38,902 nt of DNA from Nitrospiraceae bacterium (GTDB taxonomy: Bacteria > Nitrospirota > Nitrospiria > Nitrospirales > UBA2166): positions 1 to 38,902 of the forward strand of contig PBSN01000017.1 of assembly GCA_002726235.1 (NCBI GenBank). The letters run 5' to 3'. Each line of letters starts with the position of its first letter. Within the stretch, counting starts at the first letter, position 1. The notes beneath the pieces were generated by a model that searched no databases, had not been told where the DNA came from, and saw only the letters and a list, made by a program, of their open reading frames with translations. A program made the translations under genes and the position numbers. Shown piece after piece: positions 29,191 to 38,478 of the stretch.

Positions 29191-30558
29191 TCATTTGACA
29201 AATACGGTTTTGATGTTCACAAACTCTTTAATTCCATACTGGGAAAGCTCACGCCCATAACCGCTTTTCCGAATGCCACCAAAGGGAAGGCGTGGATCAG
29301 ATTTTACGAACGAATTCACAAAACAACATCCCGCTTCGAGTTCCTCGGAAGCAATGCGTTCCCCTCTTTCGAGATTCCGTGTAAACACGGCTGCGCCAAG
29401 CCCGAAAATCGAGTCGTTTGCCACATCGATGGCTTCCTGTTCATTGTTTACGACAATAATTGCAGCGACCGGTCCGAATAGTTCGTCATCATATGCGGAC
29501 ATTCCCTTTGTGACATCTGTTAGCACCGTGGCTGGATAGAACGCTCCTTTCCCTTCTGGAATTTTACCACCCAACAGACATGTCGCCCCTTTGTCGATGC
29601 ACTGTCTGACTTGACTGTGCAGTTCATCGCGTAAATCATGTCTTGCCATTGGACCTAACGTCGTCGCTGGATCCATGGGATCACCCATGGTTTGTGTTTT
29701 CATATGCTTGATAAACCTACGTTCAAACTCTGTGCGAATTGACTTGACGACAATAAAACGTTTTGCCGCAATGCAACTTTGTCCTGCATTGATCAAACGA
29801 CTTGCTGCACAGGAGGACGCTGCAACTTCAAGATCCGCATCCTCTAGAATGATATAGGGGTCATTGCCTCCAAGTTCCAAGACTGTTTTCTTGACCATAT
29901 CGCCGGCCTTGCTCGCTACGGCCTTTCCAGCTGGAGTGCTACCAGTCAATGTTACCGCTTGGACAAGCGGATGCTCAATCACTGCGCCAACCTTTCCTGC
30001 GCCAATGAGTAGGGTGCGAAAAAGATGCTCCGGAAACCCGGCATCGAGAAAGATGGTTTCTATCGCAAGGGCACAACCTGGAACATTGGATGCGTGTTTC
30101 AGAATGCCTGCATTTCCTGCCATGAGCGCCGGGGCGGCAAATCGGAATACTTGCCAGAATGGAAAATTCCACGGCATTACGGCGAGAATGACCCCAAGAG
30201 GCTGGAAGGTCACAAAACTCCTGGTTGCTTCGGTTTTCACAATCTCCGGCGTCAAAAATGCTTTGGCATTGTCAGCATAATACTCACACACCCACGCACA
30301 TTTTTCAGCTTCCGCTTTGCCATCCTTTGCGGGTTTGCCCATTTCCTGCGCCATAAGTTTTCCATATTCAGCCGCGCGTTCTCTCAATATCCGAGCAACG
30401 TTGTGCATCGCGGCAGTGCGCACAGAAAATTCTATCCGCTTCCATGCGAGGAACGTACGATGTGTCTGCTCCACAAACGTCTCGACCTGATCGTCCGTCA
30501 TCGCATCGTATGCTTTGATGAGTTCGCCCGTTGTCGGATTTACCGATTCAATTGCCAT
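29191..30558 (-). CDS. NAD(P)-dependent succinate-semialdehyde dehydrogenase (Sad/GabD1-like)
   Basis: SVNPTTGE, VMPWNFPFWQ, LKHASNV, LTGS, LELGG, GQSCIAAKR, ELFGP, PFGGIRKSGYGREL. Confidence 0.9.
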   Translation of the reverse strand: MAIESVNPTTGELIKAYDAMTDDQVETFVEQTHRTFLAWKRIEFSVRTAAMHNVARILRERAAEYGKLMAQEMGKPAKDGKAEAEKCAWVCEYYADNAKAFLTPEIVKTEATRSFVTFQPLGVILAVMPWNFPFWQVFRFAAPALMAGNAGILKHASNVPGCALAIETIFLDAGFPEHLFRTLLIGAGKVGAVIEHPLVQAVTLTGSTPAGKAVASKAGDMVKKTVLELGGNDPYIILEDADLEVAASSCAASRLINAGQSCIAAKRFIVVKSIRTEFERRFIKHMKTQTMGDPMDPATTLGPMARHDLRDELHSQVRQCIDKGATCLLGGKIPEGKGAFYPATVLTDVTKGMSAYDDELFGPVAAIIVVNNEQEAIDVANDSIFGLGAAVFTRNLERGERIASEELEAGCCFVNSFVKSDPRLPFGGIRKSGYGRELSQYGIKEFVNIKTVFVK

Positions 30559-30878
30559 CGTTATTTCCTCCGGTATCGTTTGCCTGCCCTATCAGCAAAA
30601 CGAGTCCTGTGGGATCTTGACCCCCTTCTTGTATCGTACGTTCAGCCATGATATTCATTGCTCGGTATGGACACAAGAGGCAAGATCGATGCAATTTGAT
30701 TATATGGATGCCGCCTAGCAGGTATCCTTTTGCGATGAAGAGCTCTAGGCTTTCCACTGATGATCGCAGGCACTGAGCAAGTACTCGAAGGCAAGGTTGA
30801 TTTTGTGGGCAATTAAGGGAACAGGATTACCCCTTACTGAGATATGATGAAGATGTGTTTTAAAGAGGAGATGATCCC

Positions 30879-31274
30879 GTGGTATATTCAGAAACGACCC
30901 GATCAATTGTGATCACTGTCTCTCCGACATTCATCGCCAACGAATCCTTTCCCAATACCGGGCACTATACTTGGAGCTATCACATTGAGATTCAGAATGA
31001 AGGCAAGGAACGGGTGCAACTCATCAACCGATATTGGAATGTCGCCGATGCCAATGGACAGGTCAATGAAGTCCGTGGCGAGGGGGTTGTGGGGGTGCAG
31101 CCGGTTTTGAATCCTGGGGAAGGCTTTGAATATACGAGTTTTGTGCCGATTCCAACACCATTCGGGATGATGTCGGGAACTTATGAAATGCTCCGCACCG
31201 ATGGAACCATGTTTAACGCTGTTATTCCAGCTTTCTCACTTGAGAGCCCGGACTTTCAAGCGAGCTTGAATTAA
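30879..31274 (+). CDS. apaG: ApaG protein
   Basis: Y.I.I.N, VQLINRYW, V.GEGVVGVQP, FEYTS, G.M.G.Y, IPAFSL; GAGGAG SD before GTG. Confidence 0.95.
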   Translation: MVYSETTRSIVITVSPTFIANESFPNTGHYTWSYHIEIQNEGKERVQLINRYWNVADANGQVNEVRGEGVVGVQPVLNPGEGFEYTSFVPIPTPFGMMSGTYEMLRTDGTMFNAVIPAFSLESPDFQASLN

Positions 31275-31462
31275 TTAATCTTTACATTCAGCACGTCGTG
31301 ATTTCAAGTATGCAGGTGTTGCCGATGTCCTGATATTCCGTTCCGAGATAGCTTCCAGAAAGTTAAAACCATTAGTGAAACCCCTCTTCGCAGTCCAGCC
31401 TCTTGACGACATAGCTCTGATACTCATCATCTCCGATGAAGATGGCTATCAATCGAAACAAA

Positions 31463-32461
31463 CTACTTCTTTACCTTCCAAACCGAATCCACGAAGTAGT
31501 TGTTTGCATCAAACAGGTGCTCCACAGTGTCATATCCGCTGTTCGCGGCAAGTGCTTTAATTTCATGTTGAGTGTACTTGTAGGAGTGTTCGGTTTGTAT
31601 TGGTTCCCACGCATCGAAATAAAACTTTTTCCCAAGTGCATCAATGGACACAACTTGCCTGCGCGTACTGTAAAGATAGCTCTCGACCGCATGTGTTCTC
31701 GGATTGTATTGTCCCTGCTGGACATAGTGATGCGTAGCAATGTCAGCTCCAAGTTTGTCGTTGATAATATCTAGCAGGTGAAGGTTGAATTTTTCAAACA
31801 GTCCCGTAGGATCGTTATAAGCGGAATAAAGAATTTTTGGGTGTTTCATGAGGTCAAATCCGATCATTACATAATCTCCGTCATTTAGCATTGCGTGGAG
31901 TTTCCGCAGGAACTGCTCAGCTTCGGGAAGTCTCATGTTCCCGATGGTCGAACCAAGGAATAAAACGATATTCCGCTGCTGTGGGTTCTCATCAATTGCA
32001 GCGAGACCGTCAAAATAATCCGCGGCCAATCCTTTTACCTCCAGCGCATTCCCTGAAAATTTTTTCTCCAACGAGGCAATGATATTTTTGATTGCGCCCT
32101 CTGATATGTCGATGGGAACGTAGGTAAATTTCAGATGGCTCTGAATAAAGTGCTCAAGAAGAACCATGGTTTTCCGGCCATCCCCGGCACCTAGCTCGAT
32201 GAGCTTAAAACATTCTTTCGAGAGGAGGTCTGTGATGACCTGTTTATGGGTGTGAAATATCTCAAACTCACATTGCGCGGGATGATATCCCGAAAGCTCC
32301 ATGATCTCGGTAAATATTTCGCTACCGCGATCATCGAATATCAACCACGATGGCAGATGCTTAGGGGTGTTCGATAACCCTTTAAGGACGGCTTGAGCGA
32401 ACTGATCATCCGATCGTTGCGCTGAGGCTCCCGATCGCAAATTGTGATATGCAAATGACAT
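31463..32461 (-). CDS. EgtD/EasF-family (Methyltransf_33) aromatic amino-acid N-methyltransferase, divergent (ORF track start 32548)
   Basis: GL..PK.LP, D.RGS.IF, IELGAGDGRKT, PIDIS, FLGSTIGN, GFDL.K, AYND..G, TEHSYKY; AGAGGA SD before ATG 32461. Confidence 0.88.
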   Translation of the reverse strand: MSFAYHNLRSGASAQRSDDQFAQAVLKGLSNTPKHLPSWLIFDDRGSEIFTEIMELSGYHPAQCEFEIFHTHKQVITDLLSKECFKLIELGAGDGRKTMVLLEHFIQSHLKFTYVPIDISEGAIKNIIASLEKKFSGNALEVKGLAADYFDGLAAIDENPQQRNIVLFLGSTIGNMRLPEAEQFLRKLHAMLNDGDYVMIGFDLMKHPKILYSAYNDPTGLFEKFNLHLLDIINDKLGADIATHHYVQQGQYNPRTHAVESYLYSTRRQVVSIDALGKKFYFDAWEPIQTEHSYKYTQHEIKALAANSGYDTVEHLFDANNYFVDSVWKVKK

Positions 32462-32496
32462 AGCGCTTCCTCTTTCTGGATGAAACGATGCAGTGT

Positions 32497-32510
32497 TTGA
32501 TCGACATGAA
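32497..32510. promoter_or_regulatory. FNR/CRP-family-like box in the divergent promoter region
   Basis: TTGAT-CGAC-ATGAA, 9/10 match to TTGAT-N4-ATCAA. Confidence 0.4.
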
Positions 32511-32570
32511 ATTGCTTGATAAAATGCCCGCTCGCATTTCTTATACATTTTTTCATATTTTAATCGCGCC

Positions 32571-33644
32571 TTGATGCATCCTATGAACGTATCATCTTGC
32601 CAATCCGTTGACGAGGTCGATTATTGCGAAGCCGAGAAAGATTTTACGCGCTTGCTTCAACATGAAGATCTTGATCGGAAAATAGACACAACTCCCAAAT
32701 GTGTGGAATTATTTGAGAATACACTGAGCCTCGCGGTATCAGGCGTCTATGAGGAAAACATAAATTTTTCCAAAGCACATCTCTTTCTTCAACGAGTCTT
32801 GTATAGAATTAACCGATTAAAACTGTTTTGGTATGACGATCTTGAGAATTACGCCAATGAAAATTCAGCATTTCTCTTTGCCGTGAGGACAAAAATTGAT
32901 TCCGCATGGCAAGGCTGGGAAGCGCGGGCAACCGATGCCAACTCGTTGAAGCAGATAGATGTCGAGAAGGCACTTCGGAAACGCGTCGCCGAAGATCTTG
33001 ATCCAGAACCATCGCCGCCTGGCCTCTTCTTTCGGAACGAAATGTCGAGTGTCGGATACCGCCGGTTGTTGGCAATCTCCTCTCTGGATGGTTTGGTTGA
33101 AGCCAGCCAATTGTCACGAGTCATTGGGGGAGTAGGAAATGAAGTTCAAGCGATGCTCACCAAAATTTTGCTCGAAGAATACGGTGGCGGAAAACTGGCA
33201 AGAAAACATACGTCCTTCTTTGCGGCAATGCTGAATGAATTTGAGATGAACACCAAGCCGGAAGCCTATTTTGAGATTGTCCCGTGGGAGGTTTTAGCCA
33301 ATATCAACCATAGCTTTACCGTCTGTGAACGCAAACGAAATTTCTTGCGTTATATTGGGAGCCTTCTCTACTTTGAAACTTCAGTTCCTGCAGCGTTTCA
33401 GAACTATAAAATTGCAGGAGAACGTCTCGGATTTAGCCAAAGCGCTATTGGCTACTGGGACGTACACATCAAAGAGGACATCCGTCATGGACAATGGATG
33501 CTAAACGATGTCGCCATTCCCCTTATCGATCGTTATAAAAACTCAGCATGGGAAATTGTGCTTGGATACGATCAACAACGGTTTTTTAGTACCCGCGCCA
33601 GCCAGGCTGTTGCCAGATCAGTGCGGCAGTCTGAGAACGTCTGA
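32571..33644 (+). CDS. Heme-oxygenase-like diiron oxidase (HDO; 'iron-containing redox enzyme' family); start may be ATG 32574 or 32583
   Basis: LLEEYGGG....KH..FF, LYFE, YWDVHIKEDIRHG metal-ligand pattern; helical composition. Confidence 0.8.
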   Translation: MMHPMNVSSCQSVDEVDYCEAEKDFTRLLQHEDLDRKIDTTPKCVELFENTLSLAVSGVYEENINFSKAHLFLQRVLYRINRLKLFWYDDLENYANENSAFLFAVRTKIDSAWQGWEARATDANSLKQIDVEKALRKRVAEDLDPEPSPPGLFFRNEMSSVGYRRLLAISSLDGLVEASQLSRVIGGVGNEVQAMLTKILLEEYGGGKLARKHTSFFAAMLNEFEMNTKPEAYFEIVPWEVLANINHSFTVCERKRNFLRYIGSLLYFETSVPAAFQNYKIAGERLGFSQSAIGYWDVHIKEDIRHGQWMLNDVAIPLIDRYKNSAWEIVLGYDQQRFFSTRASQAVARSVRQSENV

Positions 33645-33796
33645 CTCTCTCTACAGTACATTACGTGCAACTGTTCATTTTACCCCTTGGCAGCGAAATA
33701 TTATCACTGTCAATTAGGAGAAAGGGCGCGTTGCGTTTTAGAGGTTTTCATCTGGGATAAAAAATGGATGGGCAAGAGATAAGAGAAGATTTCACC

Positions 33797-35296
33797 CTAT
33801 CCTCCAAACGGTAGGGTGAAGGGGTTGGTCGTGGTGATGATGTTTAGGTGATTGAACATCTGGGTAGCGTGGACGGTCCAGTCGATGAATGGTTTAGGGT
33901 AGATCCCCAATATTAATGTGCCGGCTATGGCCACGCTTATGCCCACTGTCATTGTCGGTGAAACCGTTAAGGGTGAAGGATCGGTAGGTTCGTTGATATA
34001 CATCTTCTTCACGACGATCAAGTAGTAGTACATTGAGATCACGACGTTGATCAGGCCGACAATGACCAGTGCAATCAGGCCAGCCTTCATTGCGGCAACA
34101 AAGATGTAGAGCTTGGCAATAAATCCTGCTAGTGGAGGCACTCCGGCCAACGATAATAGAAACAACAACATCGCAAAAGCTAGAAATGGTGAACGCCGGT
34201 TAAGACCATTGTAATCTTCGATCTCTTCGCTGTTGATGATGTGGGCTACCGCGATGACGACGGCAAATGCACCAAGGTTTGCGAAGAGATATGCCCACAG
34301 ATAAAACATGATGGATTCCCCGCCCATTTTGTTCGCAGCCGCGAGCCCAATAACTACGTTGCCTATCTGGGCAATTCCAGAATACGCAAGCAGACGTTTC
34401 ATGTTGCTCTGCGCGATCGCAACGATGTTTCCATAGGTCATTGAAATGATTGCCACCAGAACTAACAACCATACCCACTCTGCGGCAAACCCAGCCAGAG
34501 TGACGAAGAAGATGCGAAGAAGGATGGCTAACGCTGCACCTTTTGGAGCTACTGACAGAAACGCGGTGACCGGCGTAGGTGCCCCGTGATAGACGTCTGG
34601 TATCCACGTATGCAAGGGAACCGCGCCGATCTTGAAGCCCAATGCGGCAAAGAGAAGGAGAAAGCCGGCGATCAGTGCAGCCGAAGGTTCTCCCACTGCC
34701 TGGGCGATATCGGTTAGGATAAGTTTTCCGGTTGCCCCATAAATCAAACTAATCCCGAAAGCTAGTATTCCTGCGGTAAAGGCTCCGAGAATAAAGAATT
34801 TCAGTCCCGCTTCGTTGGATTTGGAGTCTTCACGAAGATAGGCCACTAAAATATAGAAGCCGAAGGTGGTGAATTCCAATGTAACGAAGATGCTGACGAG
34901 GTCATTGGCTGAGGCCATAAGCATTGCGCCGAGTGCCGACATCAAGACGAGAAAATAGTACTCCCCCCTAAATGCAGGGAATCGTTCGACTGACTCGATT
35001 GACATGGAAACAACAAGAATAGTCGATGTCACGATGAAAATTTTGAAATATATCGCCATGGGATCGAGGACGTACATCCCATTGAACAGGGTTCCGGTTT
35101 TCCCGTTGATGTAAAACCAAATAAGTGTGACCAGTGTGGCACATAGTCCGACGATGCTGAGATTGCCAATAACTTTTTTGTCTACATGCGAGGGAATGGC
35201 ATCAACGGCCAATAACATGCAGATCCAGAGGGTCAAAAAGATCTCCGGTAACAGGAGGAGAAGATCCGCGCTGGACAGAGAGAGGGTGAAGTTCAT
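33797..35296 (-). CDS. nuoN: NADH-quinone oxidoreductase subunit N
   Basis: LLPEI, GEYY, TLE, SNEAGLKFF, FKIGAVPLHTWIPDVYHGAP, KRLLAYS, SLAGVPPLAGFIAK, SMYYYL. Confidence 0.95.
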   Translation of the reverse strand: MNFTLSLSSADLLLLLPEIFLTLWICMLLAVDAIPSHVDKKVIGNLSIVGLCATLVTLIWFYINGKTGTLFNGMYVLDPMAIYFKIFIVTSTILVVSMSIESVERFPAFRGEYYFLVLMSALGAMLMASANDLVSIFVTLEFTTFGFYILVAYLREDSKSNEAGLKFFILGAFTAGILAFGISLIYGATGKLILTDIAQAVGEPSAALIAGFLLLFAALGFKIGAVPLHTWIPDVYHGAPTPVTAFLSVAPKGAALAILLRIFFVTLAGFAAEWVWLLVLVAIISMTYGNIVAIAQSNMKRLLAYSGIAQIGNVVIGLAAANKMGGESIMFYLWAYLFANLGAFAVVIAVAHIINSEEIEDYNGLNRRSPFLAFAMLLFLLSLAGVPPLAGFIAKLYIFVAAMKAGLIALVIVGLINVVISMYYYLIVVKKMYINEPTDPSPLTVSPTMTVGISVAIAGTLILGIYPKPFIDWTVHATQMFNHLNIITTTNPFTLPFGG

Positions 35297-36888
35297 GGAA
35301 GAACTCCAGCTTCGATTTCACCGTGAATCTTGGCAAGTAATGGTTCGACGCTCGATCCGATGACGTCGATGAACTGACCGGGGAATATACCGAAGTAAAT
35401 GGTACAAGCGATCATAACCAAGAGTGGCATACGGTTTACAAATCCGTTGGCGTCTTGGACATGGGCCCATTTCATCTCGGTCTCATAGGGGATTGCTTTC
35501 CCTGGCTCCCAGAAAAATACACCACGAAGCATGCGTAGTAGATACGCTAAGGTCACCACGATGGCGAGCACAGCGATGATGGTCTGCACCGGATATTTGT
35601 CCCAGCTTCCAATCAAGATCATAAGTTCGCCAATGAAGCTGACGGTCCCCGGCAGTCCAAATGACGCGGCGACTGCAACCACAAAGCAACCGGTTGCAAA
35701 CGGCATCTTGCGGGAGAGCCCTCCAAGTGAGGGAATATCGCGGGTATGTGTCTGGTCATATACCCATCCGGCAAGAGCAAACAACAGGCCGGTCGCCATC
35801 GCGTGTGCAAACATATAAAGTACTGCGCCTGTCAAACTTACATATGTAAGGGCGGCCATGCCTAAGAATACATAGCCCATGTGACTGGAGCTGGAGTATC
35901 CAATGACGTACTTAGTGTCATTCTGGGAATAGGCGACCCATCCGCCATAGATGATGCTGAAGACACATAGTATTGCAGCGATTGGCATCAAGTCTCGTGT
36001 GGCTTCAGGAAGGATCTCATATCCGACTCGGATGATTGAGAAGTGTCCGAGTTTCATGAGCACACCAGCGTGCAGCATGCTGGTGGCTGCTGGTGCCGCA
36101 GCATGCCCGACGGGTGACCATGAATGTAGTGGCCATAGCGGAGCGATGGATGCAAATCCGAAGAAAATAAGCAGCCAGATAATCGTGGCCATGGTGCCGG
36201 AGAACTCGGAGTGTTCTGCGAGGGTCGGAATATCAAAGGTATTGAGTCCAGATCCTACGTAAATCAGCAAGATTCCCAACAAGGCTACCACTGCGCCGGC
36301 GGAGAGAAACAACACCAGCTTCATTGCGGCATATTCTTTGCTGTTTGAGGTGAAATTCATGATAAACCCGACGAAATCTCGTTTCTGTGTATCTTTCATC
36401 TCGTTGTAATTCTTGGTATGGCTTCCCCACATTCCAAGGAGCAGATACATTGGAAGCACCGAGAGCTCATAGAAGAAATACAAGAAGAATAGATCAAGCG
36501 AGACGTATACGCCGATTGTCGCAGCGGCAAGGATAAGCAAGGAGATATAGAACTCCTTCAGTCGATCTTTGATATGCCATGAAATAAAGGTTCCAGTGAA
36601 TAGCAAGATCGAGGATGCCAATACTAGCGGTACTGCGATCCCATCCACGCCAAGGGCGAAGGCAATGCCGAGATTTTCCGACCATTCAAAACGTTGGACG
36701 AATTGATAGCCTCCAACCGTGGGGTCATAGGCGTACAAGAGGTAAAAGGACAAGATAAACGAGACAAAGGACGATCCCGCTGCAATCATCTGAACCAGGA
36801 ACCGTTGCCGGTTCGGAACGAAGATCAGCGCTACGGCGCCAAGTACCGGCGTAAATAGAATCAGTGGGAGAAGCCAAGCATCAATCAT
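35293..36888 (-). CDS. nuoM: NADH-quinone oxidoreductase subunit M (distal copy, divergent)
   Basis: GVDGI, SLDLFFLYFFYE, PMYLLLGMWG, PLHSW, MKLG, YSSSSHMG, THTR, GLPG...FIGE. Confidence 0.9.
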   Translation of the reverse strand: MIDAWLLPLILFTPVLGAVALIFVPNRQRFLVQMIAAGSSFVSFILSFYLLYAYDPTVGGYQFVQRFEWSENLGIAFALGVDGIAVPLVLASSILLFTGTFISWHIKDRLKEFYISLLILAAATIGVYVSLDLFFLYFFYELSVLPMYLLLGMWGSHTKNYNEMKDTQKRDFVGFIMNFTSNSKEYAAMKLVLFLSAGAVVALLGILLIYVGSGLNTFDIPTLAEHSEFSGTMATIIWLLIFFGFASIAPLWPLHSWSPVGHAAAPAATSMLHAGVLMKLGHFSIIRVGYEILPEATRDLMPIAAILCVFSIIYGGWVAYSQNDTKYVIGYSSSSHMGYVFLGMAALTYVSLTGAVLYMFAHAMATGLLFALAGWVYDQTHTRDIPSLGGLSRKMPFATGCFVVAVAASFGLPGTVSFIGELMILIGSWDKYPVQTIIAVLAIVVTLAYLLRMLRGVFFWEPGKAIPYETEMKWAHVQDANGFVNRMPLLVMIACTIYFGIFPGQFIDVIGSSVEPLLAKIHGEIEAGVLP

Positions 36889-38462
36889 GGCAACGCTACA
36901 AATCTGGTTGAAGGGCTCACGCGATCGACCACAGCCTGAACCGATGCGTCCATCATTTCAAAAAACGGGGCCGGATACAGCCCGATCCAAAAGATCATTA
37001 TCGTTAAGGATAGCGCAATAACCCATTCTCGTGGATTGAGATCGCGCAGGGTGGAAACGGGTCGCTCGCCCTTTAGATCATTTTTGATCACCGTTTCTTG
37101 TGGCGGCGCCAACATCGCACGTTCGTAATACCACATGATGTAGGCCAACCCTAAGATCACACCTAACACGCCTATTGCACCAAATGCCCAATGCACTTTA
37201 AAGGCGCCGAGGAGAATCAGAAACTCTCCGACGAAACCGTTGGTTCCAGGGAAACCGACCGACGCCAGTCCAATTACAAGAAAAAACCCTGCCAGGGCAG
37301 GCATCGGCGTGACGAGTCCACCGTAGCGCGTCAAGTCATCCTGTAGACCTCGTGAGTACAGAAATCCGGCAATGAAAAAAAGGCCTGTGGTGGTGAACGC
37401 CAGGTTGATCATCTGCAGTAATCCGCCTTGCAATCCGTGGAAATTCAGTGTGAATAAGCCGAGGAGGACGAAGCCAAGATGACTAATACTCGAAAATGCG
37501 AGTAGGCGTCGCAAGTCGGACTGTGCGAGCGCGACAAACGCTCCATAGATAATACCCACCAGAGCCAAGATCGACAGGGGAATCAGGAGCGCGCGTGAGG
37601 CATCTGGAAGCAACGGAATACTGAAGCGTAAAAATCCATAGGTTCCCAATTTAATCCCAGCCAATGCCACTGAGATGGCAATCGGGCCGGATGCCAACGT
37701 GTTTGCCAGCCAAGTATGAAGCGGAAAGATCGGGGCTTTGGACGCAAAGCCGAAAAATAGGAGCAGAAAGACAAGCAACTGTTTCCCCTCTGACATTGGA
37801 ACTGTCAGGAGAGCGAGAAAATCAAAGGAATGCGTTGGCTGAATGCCCTGTGCCAACGCTACTTCTTGATAGTTCAAATCCAAAATGATGATTCCTACCA
37901 GCATCAACATACTTCCGGTCAGGGTATACAACACGTATTGAAGTGCCGCATGCTCCTTGAGCTTTCCAGTTCCCCACAACTTGATGAGGAAGTAGCTTGG
38001 GATAAGCATCAGTTCCCAGAAGACGAAGAAGAGGACAAGGTCAAGAGAGACGAGAATGCCCATTATTGTCGCCTGAAGTGCGAGCAAGGCCATCACATAT
38101 CCCTTAACTTTCTCAATAGCAAGGTCCCACGAGAAGAGCATGGTGAGCAGAGATAACAAGGCTGTGACGCCAACGAACAGGACGCTGATGCCATCGATCC
38201 CTATGTGGTAACTGATGCCGATTGCAGGGATCCAGTCTGCCTGCTCAACGAATTGCATTGCGGCGGTATGCGACTTAAAGGTAACGAGTAGCCAGACCGT
38301 GAGTAATAATTCAATGCCGGTGATGGCAATTCCTGTAATACGAATCAGAAATTCATCCGACTTCAACATCCAGACAAGCATTGCTCCTATTAGTGGGAGA
38401 AATACCAGGACAGAGAGAACCGGAAAACCTATTTGCGTGGCTGCGAAAATTTCTTCAAGCAT
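36885..38462 (-). CDS. nuoM: NADH-quinone oxidoreductase subunit M (proximal copy)
   Basis: GIDGIS, DLVLFFVFWELM, SKAPIFPLHTWL, KLGTYG, AFSSISHLG, PGTNGFVGE. Confidence 0.92.
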   Translation of the reverse strand: MLEEIFAATQIGFPVLSVLVFLPLIGAMLVWMLKSDEFLIRITGIAITGIELLLTVWLLVTFKSHTAAMQFVEQADWIPAIGISYHIGIDGISVLFVGVTALLSLLTMLFSWDLAIEKVKGYVMALLALQATIMGILVSLDLVLFFVFWELMLIPSYFLIKLWGTGKLKEHAALQYVLYTLTGSMLMLVGIIILDLNYQEVALAQGIQPTHSFDFLALLTVPMSEGKQLLVFLLLFFGFASKAPIFPLHTWLANTLASGPIAISVALAGIKLGTYGFLRFSIPLLPDASRALLIPLSILALVGIIYGAFVALAQSDLRRLLAFSSISHLGFVLLGLFTLNFHGLQGGLLQMINLAFTTTGLFFIAGFLYSRGLQDDLTRYGGLVTPMPALAGFFLVIGLASVGFPGTNGFVGEFLILLGAFKVHWAFGAIGVLGVILGLAYIMWYYERAMLAPPQETVIKNDLKGERPVSTLRDLNPREWVIALSLTIMIFWIGLYPAPFFEMMDASVQAVVDRVSPSTRFVALP

Positions 38463-38478
38463 AATTAATAAACAGAGT

